Positions 43,201 through 57,591 of a DNA stretch of 64,000 bases are shown one piece after another. This stretch comes from Eledone cirrhosa. Taxonomy: Eukaryota. The stretch spans positions 26,102,001 through 26,166,000 of the forward strand of contig OZ024742.1 of NCBI GenBank assembly GCA_964016885.1, written 5' to 3'. A program made the translations under genes and the position numbers. The notes below the pieces were generated by a model. It searched no databases. It worked only from the letters and a program-made list of their open reading frames with translations, and had not been told where the DNA came from. Each line of letters starts with the position of its first letter. Position 1 is the stretch's first letter.

Positions 43201-44256
43201 ACTACTATTGGTTGAGTTGCAACATGATTTCGGCATATAGTTACCACCCCTTACGTTCTGATTTCAAATCACGCCGAAGTCGTCTTCGCCATTTATCTTT
43301 ACGTAGTCATTAAAATAAAGCACTATTACTTCACCGGGTTCGATTTTGTCGACTTTCCCTTCTCGCAGAAGTGTTGGATTTGTGTATAAATAAGAAACCA
43401 TTATCTGTATTGATACCATTTCAAAAAGGGTGTAATTGTGGGATCTGTCAAGTATCTCTAACGAATGTGATGACCGTATACAAAATAACCGATCCTATTA
43501 TATGTGGAAAGAAAGAGACAAGTTATCTTAGCGCATAGAATTGGAATTGAAATATAATACATAAAGGTTTGTAAATTCAAAAATTCTAACCATCCTAAAA
43601 CTAAAAATATACAGCTGCGGTCACAAATAAATTGCTACGGCCGTCGCAATTGCTCCCTTTGTACACCCCACCTCCATTAAATCTGGTCCTGGTTGTTAGT
43701 ACGACGGATGGAATGAGTTGGACATGAGATTTAAAGAGGCAGTTTTTCTCAGACTATATGCCACACTAAGTCCCCTTCAGATATGAGTCAAGGATACATA
43801 TATTAATGTCTGGGAATACTCACCCACTTGCAGGCTAACATCCCGAGCAGGCTATTCAATTTATCAAACAACTAGAACACTTATCGTCGTAAACAAGCGA
43901 TGCCAAGTACAAACAATATAAGGAATAATATTACTAAACTCTTGTTTTACTTTCGGTTAAGTAAAATGTGACCTTTATCAATATTTATATATTATTAACT
44001 CCGGCTAAATTCTCCATTGCTTTCAGTTTCAATGTACCTTAAAGTCTTGTTTAACTCATTATTGATTTCTCAAAATGTATTTAAATAATAAGCATTATAT
44101 ATGTGTGTGCGTGTGTGTGTATGTGTGTGTGTCTGCATATGCATATAAATGTTTATTCTTTTGGACGTAACAAATATTTTACTAACACATACCCTACACA
44201 CAGCAGTTGACTATCACAACCGCTTTATCTACAAAATCATGCGCCTTCACACACTA

Positions 44257-44288
<32 letters not shown>

Positions 44289-44500
44289 GTGAGGGTTTTT
44301 TTTACAAAATGAAAAATAACCGAGGTGTCCTACACGAGTGAAAGTATAAAGAAAAAAAGTTGAAATCGAAAATGCAACTGGAGTCTTATTTAAAAAAAAA
44401 AATATATATTTATTTGGTTCCTTTACCGGTTTCGCAGTTCTTCTGCTTTTCAAAAGTAGAGTTGAGATGGAGGGTCTGTGGTTTTTCTCACATCTTTTTC

Positions 44501-44616
<116 letters not shown>

Positions 44617-44656
44617 TGTATGTATGTATGTAGCTATATATATATATATATATATA

Positions 44657-46088
44657 TATTGTTATACATTGGGAGGGTCATGTTGCCAATGAGAAACACA
44701 CGCACCAAATGTTTCACTCCAATTTATAAATTTCCGGTTGGTTGGTTGGTTCCACAACCGGACGGTTGTTCATATATTGTCAAAGTTCTTTCGTCACACA
44801 TTCTGTGACCTCTTCAGTGGCTGGGCATTCCTCTCTTTGTTTTGTGCCTCTCCTTTGTTCTGTCCTACGCCATCTTGTTTTTGTGTGTGTTGTGTGCTTA
44901 GTTTGCGCATGTGTTACATCTGTGTGTGTTTTTTATTTGTTTATTTTTTTGTTTATTTACATATTACTGGTTGATTGTTTGTTCTATGTGTGTGTGTTTT
45001 CATTTTGTCCTTAATTGCAAGTTATGATGTCGCTATTTCATTCATGTTTTCTATTTAACTTTGGTTGCAGTTTATTTATGTTTATTGCTTCTGTGATTTG
45101 TCTAAACATTGAGTCTTTTCTGTGTGTAGATTTTCTCTAATTTGCCCTTATGTTTTATTTTAGCATGTTGGTGGAGTACTGATAAATCTTTTCTATCTTG
45201 AAGCTTTCGCCAGTGTTCATTCAAACGTTCTCCTATACTACGAGCTGTCACACCTATGTACACTATATTCTTATCTTTACATTGTACTTCAGTACATCTT
45301 ATGCTAATACTAAGTTTCTAGTTTCACAGTTAATATGGGGGCTTAGTTTACAGATTATGCATTTCTTATCTATACAGGGAGGTCTTTGAAAAGGGTATGT
45401 ATTACTAATAAGTGTTTTATTTTATGTAGGTACATGATCTTTCTACTATCTTAATATTTAGTTTAAGTTTATCTAGGACCCTTCTAAATTTGTAAGCTAA
45501 TTCATCAATACTCCACCGACATGCTAAAATAGAACATAAGGGCAAATCAGAGAACATAGAAATAAAAATAAAATCTACACACAGAAAAGACGCAATGTTT
45601 AGACAAATCATAGAGGCAATAAACAGAAATGAACTCCAACCATAAGTAAATAGAAAACATGAATGGAATAGCAACATCATAACTTACAATTAAGGACAAC
45701 ATGAAAACACACACACATAGAACAAACAACCAACCAGTAACATGTAAATAAACAAATAAATAAACAAATAATAAAACACACAGAGACACCCGGATGTAAC
45801 ACATGCGCAAACAAAGCACACACACACGCAAAACCAAGATGGCGTAGGACAGAACAAAGGAGAGGCACAAAACAAAGAGAGGAATCCCCAGTCACTGAAG
45901 GGGTCACAGAATGTGTGACGAAATAACTTTGACAATATATGAACAACCGTCCGGTTGTAGAACCAACGAACCAACCGGAAACTTATAACTTCTTAGATTT
46001 ATGAATTTAATTTATAATAAATTGGAGTGAAAGTAACGTGTGCGTGTTCTTCTTATTGGCAAAATGACCCTTCCAAAGTATAACAATA
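44657..46088. mobile_element. Large inverted repeat (~510-bp arms, 44657-45180 / 45510-46088), pseudo-LTR-like; partial third copy 57396-57662
   Basis: ORF-track peptides repeat on opposite strands (FIYCQS.FVTHSVT); each arm carries an HHR motif. Confidence 0.9.
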
Positions 46089-46143
46089 TCGGTTTCAACA
46101 CACGTTTTCAGATAAAGAATCTTGCTAAACAAATTCAGAAACG

Positions 46144-46235
<92 letters not shown>

Positions 46236-46467
46236 ATATATGTATGTATGAATGTATGTAGCTATATATATGTGTATATATATAGATATATATGTATACG
46301 TCAGTTGTGTAATTACATGTGTACACGTATACATACATATAGCCACACATACACAAATGTTTGTATACAGAACTGCATTCATATTTATATTTACTTGGTA
46401 AATAGAAGACATACATAAGCGTCACAGTATACCCCTTAACTCACCTAGCGGTGCCCAAACATAATTG

Positions 46468-46648
46468 TTTCTACTTTAGGCACAAGGCCAGCAATTACCC
46501 AGTGCATTACTGGTACTTTATTTTATCGACCCCGTAAGGATGAAAGGCAAAGTCAACATCGGCGGGATTTGAACTCAGACCGTAAAGGAACGTAACTATG
46601 CTGGAAAGCCTGGCGTCCGACCCTCTACCGATACTGCCAATCCACCGG
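46468..46648 (-). mobile_element. OK-like SINE, short subfamily
   Basis: Same deletion junction (gcaatt..ccagt) as 22398-22495, 51695-51872 and 59085-59268. Longer-form copies at 27460-27655(+), 43235-43400(+), 54370-54510(+), 58886-59078(-), 59266-59455(-), 59735-59945(+), 62900-63100(-). Confidence 0.8.
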
Positions 46649-46952
46649 CAATTTCGTGCGATTAAGTACACATAGTTTGATCCAGTAAAGCCGTGTAATG
46701 ACGCAATATCGTCTGAGCTACCTTAAGTAGTGTCCCGACACGTCAAATAAAGACGTATATATATATAATAAAAATGTAAATATTTAACACTAATGTCAAA
46801 TGGTAAACTTCTTAATAACTCAGGCTTTAAGTATATGTAAATAAAGCTATTTATAGATGGATATCGCTATAACGTGACTTTCATGACTTTCTTAGAAATT
46901 GGATAGCGTAAATAATCACCATATTTTTCGTGTGTATATACATATATATATA

Positions 46953-46991
<39 letters not shown>

Positions 46992-47001
46992 TATGAAGAT
47001 G

Positions 47002-47070
<69 letters not shown>

Positions 47071-47432
47071 TAAGATTTCAGTGCTTATGTACTTAAACAT
47101 ATAAACTAGTTTTTAGCATTGTATTCAATTCCTGCAGCAAAAGAGGACTGACAATTAACAAAGCCTGACCTTTTAATATATGCAAAGAAAGAGAAGATGG
47201 ACCAAGGAATCTTTTTAGACTGCCTTACATAATTTCACGTATAATTAGCTTTTGAACCAGTTTTATTTCAATTTCTTTAAATTAAATAAATACTGAATAT
47301 TATAAAGAGAACATTAAGAACACAATGTCGTGATTTCAAACCATTATATGCGGAAGGAGAGATTATGTAGATGTGTGTATGTGTATGTTTGTATGTGTGT
47401 ACGTGTGCACATATCACTATATTTTTGGTGCA

Positions 47433-47498
<66 letters not shown>

Positions 47499-47545
47499 AG
47501 TGTGTGTGGGTGTGTTTGTGCGTGTGTAAGCGTGTGGAATACATG

Positions 47546-47576
<31 letters not shown>

Positions 47577-47853
47577 GCATTTCTATAAATATATACCTTT
47601 TATCTATCATCTGTTGCACCTTTTTGCTTGATATATTTTACACCTATATTACCTTAAAGAATATCTTTATATGTAATATGCTCAATATTTTGATTCTTGA
47701 CCATTGATCCTTATACCTTGATATCTGTATAACACAACATCTTTTTGTCATTCCAGCTTTTCAATATGATGTCACTGACACTGTTAATAGTAATGTATCT
47801 TTAGGAATGTTCTGAGCACTGATATTATAATTACTTGTTTAAACATTGAGTAT

Positions 47854-47898
47854 GCTCCGATGATATTAGACATTTGCCGGGAAGAAACAATTGTCAGC
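47854..47898 (+). ncRNA. Degenerate hammerhead motif
   Basis: gct-CCGATGA-(poor stem II)-GAAA-caattg-TC-agc. Confidence 0.4.
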
Positions 47899-48577
47899 CC
47901 TGAAATGTATTAAACTGAAATTTGATTTTTTTCCAATTTTGTATATATATATATAACAAAGGAATTGTGGTAAGGAACCAGATGGACCAAAACGCACCAG
48001 AGTACTCAATACTTAGGGTAGTAGAGTGGGAAATAAGAAAAAGTATGACCCTGACGGCAGAGCTCAAGCCGTTTAGACGGCTATTTCTGTCACATGTCAA
48101 CAAAACACGGGTCATATTTGAAGTCTGGTGAGCTGAACTATATGAGGGTTACCTATGTAGGTTGGCTCGTAACGTAACTCAACATTACAATAATTGTGGC
48201 ATCATTGTACGAACTTCCAACCTATCGGCATTTTTAGTGCACTACTTAAATCAACTTTAGTTTCTGTAATGTGTTTACATATAATATGCGGTTTTAACAT
48301 TACAACAGATTTAAACAATTTTATTGTTCTTCGTCGATTTTATTCAATATGTTCTGAGTATTTAGAAATAAATAGAGGCAAATATTTTTGGTTTTGTTTA
48401 CTTTTAGAAGCCTACTTCTCTTATAGTTCCGTTATTTTTATCTTCTTTTGCAATAGTAGATTACTACAAAAGCAATATGGTAACAAATTCTTTCAACAAA
48501 TACTACCTCTAAAATATTCAATTAAAGGATTCAACATCTTCAATCAATTTCTATAGATTCATATAAATATTGTTGTT

Positions 48578-48608
<31 letters not shown>

Positions 48609-48791
48609 GTAGTAGTAGTAGTAGTAGTAGTATTTATGAGCATCCTCGTTGTCATCATCATCATCATCATCATCGTCATCATCAAGCCAACATCCTCATT
48701 CTCACAATGCTTTTTATAACATTTATGTTTGAGTTAGTTGACTTGCTATTAAAGTTACTGTCATCGTAACAACTACTACTACCAGCACCAG

Positions 48792-48831
<40 letters not shown>

Positions 48832-48843
48832 GCTGCTGCTCTG

Positions 48844-48901
<58 letters not shown>

Positions 48902-49219
48902 AAGTCTGACTTAATGAAATAAATTGATTAATTGTAAATGGCGGCCAAATACAGTGTGGCCCTATGTGGAGTGAGCCGAGCAGTGAGCGAGTCTGTGTTA
49001 ATGTAGGCAACGAAACAGCCAATACACAACAACATTAGTAGATATTAATGTAAAAAATAAATAGAAGCAGAAGCAACAACAAGTACAACAACAATAACAA
49101 TATTAGTAAAAGTACCACTATATAAAGATGTACAAACCCAAAACACCAATGATTTCTATCAGAAAACTTAACAATAATTCTGAAAGGAAAAATATATAAA
49201 TTTTGAAAACATGAAAATG

Positions 49220-49531
<312 letters not shown>

Positions 49532-49687
49532 GTATATATATATACTCATATACTTATATACACCCATATATATATATATATACAATTAATTATATATGTA
49601 CATACATAATTACACACACACACAAACATACACACACATATATATATATACATACATTCATACAATACATCTCTCTCTCCCTCTCTT

Positions 49688-49738
<51 letters not shown>

Positions 49739-50349
49739 ATGTGTGTGTGTGTGTGTGTGTGTGCGTATGCGTGTATGTTTGTTGTTTGTGTGCATACATA
49801 TGTATGTATATATATGTATGCATGTGTGCATATATCTACCAATCAATGTATTCAGATACATTAAAGTTATAGTTTTGTCAAATGAACAAATATCTTGAGG
49901 GAATATTAAGTTGAAAGATAAAGAAAAATAAAACGAACAACAAAAACAACAAAAACAATGACATCAACAACAATAACAACAACAGCGACAACGACAACAA
50001 TAATAACAACAATAACACAACAACGATGGTAACAACAATAATAACAATAAGTATTTTATAATAAAATGAACATATTTAAACTATATGAAAGAAACAGAGA
50101 AAGCAAATAATATACAACAATACTATTAATAACAGCAGCAATTATATAATGATAATAATAATAACTCGTATGAACATAAAGCAAGATAAATGCAGCTGTA
50201 ATAATAATAATAATAATAGTGATAATAATGTTAGTAATAGTAGTAATATGGTCGATATAGATAGAAACAAAAAGCGAAACAGAAGGAGAAGAATGAGGAA
50301 GGGTAACATGGTGATGTTGATGATGATGAAGAAGAAGAAGAAGAAGAAG

Positions 50350-50380
<31 letters not shown>

Positions 50381-50639
50381 TATGTGATGTGATGTGATGC
50401 AAAATTGATGTTAAATGCAAGTTGAATAGAATGTTCGATTTAAGTTTTCCCATGGGAGACCATTATTTGGCATTAGGTAAGGAAATGCACTTACAGTCCA
50501 AGAAATGAATCATGGAAGTTTTAAGTGTAAAAAGGTTATTTGATGAAGGAAAATATATTGAAAATGTTTCAAATGAAAGTTAACAGTGAGGAAAGGCATA
50601 AACTGCTTAATGAAATCATATTGATGGTATGGGGAAATG

Positions 50640-51245
50640 GTGAGGTTGGTGGTGGTGGTTGTTGTTGTTGTGGTGGTGGTTTGTGTGGTGATGGTTGTGG
50701 TGGTGGTGGTGGTTTGTGTGGTGATGGTTGTGGTGGTGTTGGTGGTGGTGGTGGTGATTTGTATGGTGATGGTTGTGGTGGTGGTTTGTGTGGTGATGAT
50801 TGTGGTGGTGGTGGTGTTGGTGGTGTTGGTGGTGGTAGTTGTCGTGGTTGTGGTGGTTGTGGTGGTTGTGGTGGTGGTGATTTGTGTGGTGATGGTTGTG
50901 GTGGTGGTAGTAGTGGTTTTGCTTTGTGTGGCGAAATGGTGGTGATGGTAGTTTGTGTGGTGGTGGTGGTGGTGTTGGTGGTGATGTTTGTGGTGGTTGT
51001 GGTGTTGGTGGTGGTGGTGGTGGTTTGTGTGACGGAGTGGTGGTGCTGGTGTTGGTGGTTGTGGTGGAGGTGTGTGTGGAGGAATGATGGTGGTGGTGGT
51101 GGTTTGTGTGGCGGAATGGTGGTGTTGATGGTGGTGGTGAAGGTGTGTGTGGAGGAATGGTGGTGATGGTTATGGGTATGTATGGAGGAACGGTGGTGAT
51201 GGTTACTGTGGAGCAATAGTAGCGGTGGCGGTGGTGATGATGATG
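50640..51245. repeat. Second GGT-rich degenerate minisatellite (PPPQPSPHK on -)
   Basis: Recurrent 'ggtttgtgtggtgatggttgtggtggt'. Confidence 0.75.
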
Positions 51246-52009
51246 TTTAATGTGGAAGGATGGCGATGGTGGTCGTCATGATGATGATGATGATGATGAT
51301 TGTGATGATGATAATGATAGTTAGAGCTGAGGAATTGGAGATAGTGGGGGTAGTGATGATTATGATGGTATGGACGAATAGCGATGGTGGTGGTGAAGAG
51401 CGAGGTGTAGATGATGGTGATAATGATGATGACGATCGTGATGGTGGTGATGGTTAGTATTCAGAAATAAGATGGTGGGGGCAATGATAATGATGACGAT
51501 GATGATGATGATTGTGATGATGCTGATGGCGAGGTTGTTGATGACGATGATGATGATGAGAAGGAGGAGGAGAAGGAGGAGGCTGGTGGTTAGTGTAGAG
51601 AAATGTTGAGGATAGTGGCGAGGTACAAGGACAAACAGAGACAATGAAATGATGTAAACACTGCTGCTGTTGTTAGTGATGATAGTAATAATTGTTTCTA
51701 CTTTTGGCACAAGACCAGCGATTTTCCAGTTTATTACTGGTACTTTATTTTATCGACCCCGTAAGGATGAAGTTAACCTCGGCGGGATTTGAACAACTCA
51801 GACCGTAAAGGGGCATAACTCTATGGTACAAAGCATGGCGTCCGACCGTCTACTGATACTGCCAATCCACTGCCTCGCTGATGATGATAATAATGATGAT
51901 GAGGGTGACGATGATAAAGAAGAACAAAGAGAAGAATGTGAAGCGACAATGCGACTGGGAAATTGAAAGAGATAACAGAAAAAAATAAGATGATTTTTGG
52001 TGATGATGG

Positions 52010-52040
<31 letters not shown>

Positions 52041-52474
52041 GATGCTGAGGATGATGAAGAAGACGGAAAAGAGAAGGGAATGTGAAGAAGACATAGAAAA
52101 GAAGGAAAAGACGTAAAAAAAAGGACGAGTAATAAGAAGAATTAGAAGAAGAGGTAGTGGTTATAGGTGAAGTAAAACATGAGAAGAAAAGGAGGAAGAA
52201 ACGATGACGAAGATAAACAGAAAACAAACAAATGAGATAAGTGACGTATGAAATAACATAGGAAGAAAGTCAAAAGAAAAAGGTTTATTTTATATTTGAT
52301 TTATAAAACTGGATTCTTATTATTTATTGATTTATAGTTTTAAAGCATCAATGAAATCTAGGGGACATTTGTGAAATAGGGTAGAGTGTGTAATGGCAAT
52401 GGTGCACGACAATAAAATATATATAATAGTATAAATATGGTTTTATAAATATAGTTTCCATTTATTAATATCAT

Positions 52475-52526
<52 letters not shown>

Positions 52527-52861
52527 TTGTGTATAATGGTAGCTATGGTACTTCCATAGGCGGTATGCCAAAATTAGCACTCAATATTCATACAGAGTGT
52601 GGATAGTATAAAAAAAACGAAAAATCAGTGATGTATCTGGACTCGGTTTATTGCGTGTTACAATTGTTTCACCGGTGAGAAAATTTGCTCCGAACGAACT
52701 ACCCGTCTCCGAAGGAACCTGCAGCCGTAGAATCACCCAGATCCATACAGTGATCATGTCTCGAGCTACCTACCGGCGAAACAAATGTAACACGCAATAA
52801 ACCGAGTCCAGATGCATCACTGATTTTTCGTTTTTTTATACTATATATATATATCATTAAT

Positions 52862-53400
52862 GAAGGACTAATTTTATTCATATGTAACCCATGTGCAACC
52901 ACGCCGCTCTCCATTTTTGTCATATTTATATTTTTTCCTCAGCTGTATCTCTCACCTTCTTTTTACCCCCTCTGCCAGTCACACTCTCTCTCGGCTGGTC
53001 TCTTCCTCACACTTCCACTCACTCATTTTCTGCTTCTCCCCCTCTCTCACTTCCTCCCGTTTGACTTGTGTGAAATCATTTTCTCGCTCACATCTCACCC
53101 ATGTCGGATGGTCTGTATCTCTCGTCCATGAATTCACCAAGCTAAAGCTTACAGATATCATGTACTTGTTTCTTCCTATCTTTCCGTTGCAATACCATCA
53201 TTATTTGTTTACATGTCTCGCTCGTTTCACCCTATTTTACTGCTCCAATAATTGTCCATACTTTATTGACTTATTGCTCGCGCCAACTAGAGGTATATGA
53301 TTTTTAAAGCGATGAAATACCAATGAAAGTTGGAAGATCACTGATGAATGACTAATTTTATTCATATGTAATCCATGTGCAGCCACGCAGCCCTCCATTG
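52862..53400 (+). repeat. ~480-bp unit with ~55-bp terminal direct repeat; relative at 60200-60680(-)
   Basis: 'gactaattttattcatatgtaa.ccatgtgca.ccacgc' at 52866 and 53350; shared CT-rich interior. Confidence 0.75.
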
Positions 53401-53714
53401 TTCTCATATATATATATATATATCAGAAAAATATCTGATATTCAAAACAAAGAAGAGCGCGGGACACGTTTCGCACCTTTCCGACAGATAACCCCCCACC
53501 CCGGAAAAAATCCCCAGTTGATGAATGTGAATCCAATTAAATCTCTCCCAAGGTTACTCTATCTCGTGTTATTATTTTTAATTTTTACGCTCTTTCCTAC
53601 GTTCTTCTACACAATATACATCTCATTCTACATTCACTTACATCTCTCTCTTCACCACCGGATCTTGTTACCTGGAGAATTACCCACCTGCATTTTTGAG
53701 GCTTCCAAAACGAC

Positions 53715-53774
<60 letters not shown>

Positions 53775-55013
53775 TGCATGTATGTGTTTGTGTGTGTAAA
53801 TATACATTTGCGTGCATGTCTTTGAGTGTGTATGTGTGTGTGTGTATTTATTTGTTAGGCTGGCCGGAGCGCAAGAACGTACTATTTATGTATAGGTATG
53901 TTTTTACGCACGTAAATTCCAAATTTATTCTGTTATGGGATGCACAGACCTGACATATTTTACCAGGAATATATCTTGCATACTGGCAGGTCCACACTTG
54001 TCGCTTCTTTGTGTGTCTTTCTGATATGTTCACCTTTAAACTTACCTATGTATCGTCTTTTAGACCATAACTGTATTTATAGAAAGTCCAGAAGGTGATA
54101 TATTGCGTAGACTTTATCGCCAGATTTGTGGTATATTTGCATCAGAAATTCCATTCTTCCTTCTACTCGCATTGGCAACAGACCAGAAATACCGCCAGGC
54201 GTTACAAGTCTATTAAATCGACCATAACTACCAGAGTGTCCTTATTTTATCAAGTATCGATACTGATCAATTAAGGTCGACACCTGTGGGTTTGAATATT
54301 AAACAGAAATAGATATAATTATATACATTAGATAGATTATGAATGGTCGATGAACTGAATATGCTGAGCATCCAGCTAATTTGTAGCGGTATTCTTACGG
54401 CTCTTTATGTCCTGAGTTCAAATCCTGCCCAGGTAAACCTGGACTTTCATCCTTCCAAATGAGATAAAATGAATTATTATTTAAATACTGGGGTCTATAT
54501 AATCGACTTTCCCCTACGGTTTTGTTAGAATCCACATCCTTGTGTGGGGTGTTTGAGAATGTACAGTGAATTAAATGTGGATTTATACCAAGGGAATTCA
54601 CTACTATTTTACAAATTCTCATCCTTATGAATAAATTTGACGATTACTCTGTTATGTAATCTTGTCACATAGCCGAGCTTGTCGCACATCAAGGTTTGAT
54701 TCCATATGGAATATTATGTACATAAACTATCACTCCATCGATTACGGCGACGAGTGTTCCACACGATGCGATTATCGCAGCAGCCTGCTCGTGAGATAAA
54801 CGCGCAAATGGGTGAGCAGCCAACAGACATGCGTACTCTTAACATAGTTCTGAGGGAGATTGAGCGTGACACATGATATGATAAGGCGAGCCAATAGAAT
54901 TACATGTACAAGGTGAGATAAATAGTTTTGCGTAAGGAAACAACGCGCCAGCGGTATCGAAATTAAATCCTTCCGTAAGCCGAAAACGCTAACCATTGAG
55001 TGACGTGCCCTCA

Positions 55014-55092
<79 letters not shown>

Positions 55093-55282
55093 ATGTTTAA
55101 CCTCGACTGCAGAGCTCAAGCCGTTTCGACGGCTATTTCTGAGTTCAGAAATAGCCGTCGAAACGGCTTGAGCTCTGCTGTCGGGGTTAAACATTTTCCT
55201 ATTACTCACTCTACTACCCTAAGTATTGAGTACTCTGGTGCGTTATGGTCCATCTGGTTCCTTATCACACTTCCTTCGTTAT

Positions 55283-55379
<97 letters not shown>

Positions 55380-55386
55380 ATATATA

Positions 55387-55793
55387 TATATTAATAAGAG
55401 GAATTCCAACTTTGTCTGATTTACTCGTTTTATTTACAATCCTTTAAAATATATAATGGTATTATAATGAAATAGTTTGATAGAATATTGAATTCTAAGT
55501 GTTAATTGAACAAGTACTTTCATGCTTTCGCAATCTTCAGGTTCATGTTATGTGGTGACAGTCGAGTTTGCAAGTTTCAACTGTTGAAAATTTCAACAGT
55601 TGAAAATTGCAAACTCGACTGTCACCACATAACATGAACCTGAAGATTGCGAAAGCATGAAAGTACTTGTTCAATTAACACTTAGAATTCAATATTCTAT
55701 CAAACTATTTCATTATAATACCATTATATATTTTAAAGGATTGTAAATAAAACGAGTAAATCAGACAAAGTTGGAATTCCTCTTATTAATATA
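55387..55793. repeat. Near-perfect ~400-bp palindrome
   Basis: attaataagaggaattcc.. / ..ggaattcctcttattaat; centre ~55590. Confidence 0.95.
55635..55673 (+). ncRNA. Minimal type I hammerhead ribozyme; mirror copy 55507-55545(-)
   Basis: tgaac-CTGAAGA-t-tgc/gaaa/gca-t-GAAA-gtac-TT-gttca; GNRA-capped stem II, palindromic stem III agtact. Confidence 0.8.
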
Positions 55794-55843
55794 ATCTTCT
55801 ATACACAATCATACACACCCGTGTATATTTACCTATCTATATT

Positions 55844-56018
<175 letters not shown>

Positions 56019-56037
56019 GTATATATATACATATATG

Positions 56038-56110
<73 letters not shown>

Positions 56111-56116
56111 ACATAC

Positions 56117-56253
<137 letters not shown>

Positions 56254-56261
56254 TATGTATG

Positions 56262-56313
<52 letters not shown>

Positions 56314-56319
56314 TGTATG

Positions 56320-56391
<72 letters not shown>

Positions 56392-56429
56392 CATATATGT
56401 ATGTATATATATATATATATACATATATG

Positions 56430-57342
<913 letters not shown>

Positions 57343-57548
57343 TTTCTGAATTTGTTTAGCAAGATTATTTATCTGAAAACATGTGTTGAAACCGATATTG
57401 TTATACTTTGGGAGGGTCATGTTGCCAATAAGAAACACACTCACCAGTTGCTTTCACTTCAATTTATTATAATATATTTATAAATTAAGGAATTTATAAA
57501 TTTCCGGTTGGTTGGTTGGTTCCACAACCAGATGGTTGTTTATATATT

Positions 57549-57591
57549 GTCAGAGTTCTTTCGTCACACATTCTGTGACCTCTTCAGTGAC
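57549..57591 (-). ncRNA. Minimal hammerhead with an extra G after A9; other copies 44779-44821(-), 45891-45933(+)
   Basis: gtca-CTGAAGA-g-gtcaca/gaatg/tgtgac-GAAA-gaac-TC-tgac. Confidence 0.75.

Noticed and set aside
52700-52795. HHR 3' half GAAA-caaatg-TA in the 52605-52842 inverted repeat
   Set aside because: The 5' core is too degenerate (CCGAAGG) to call.
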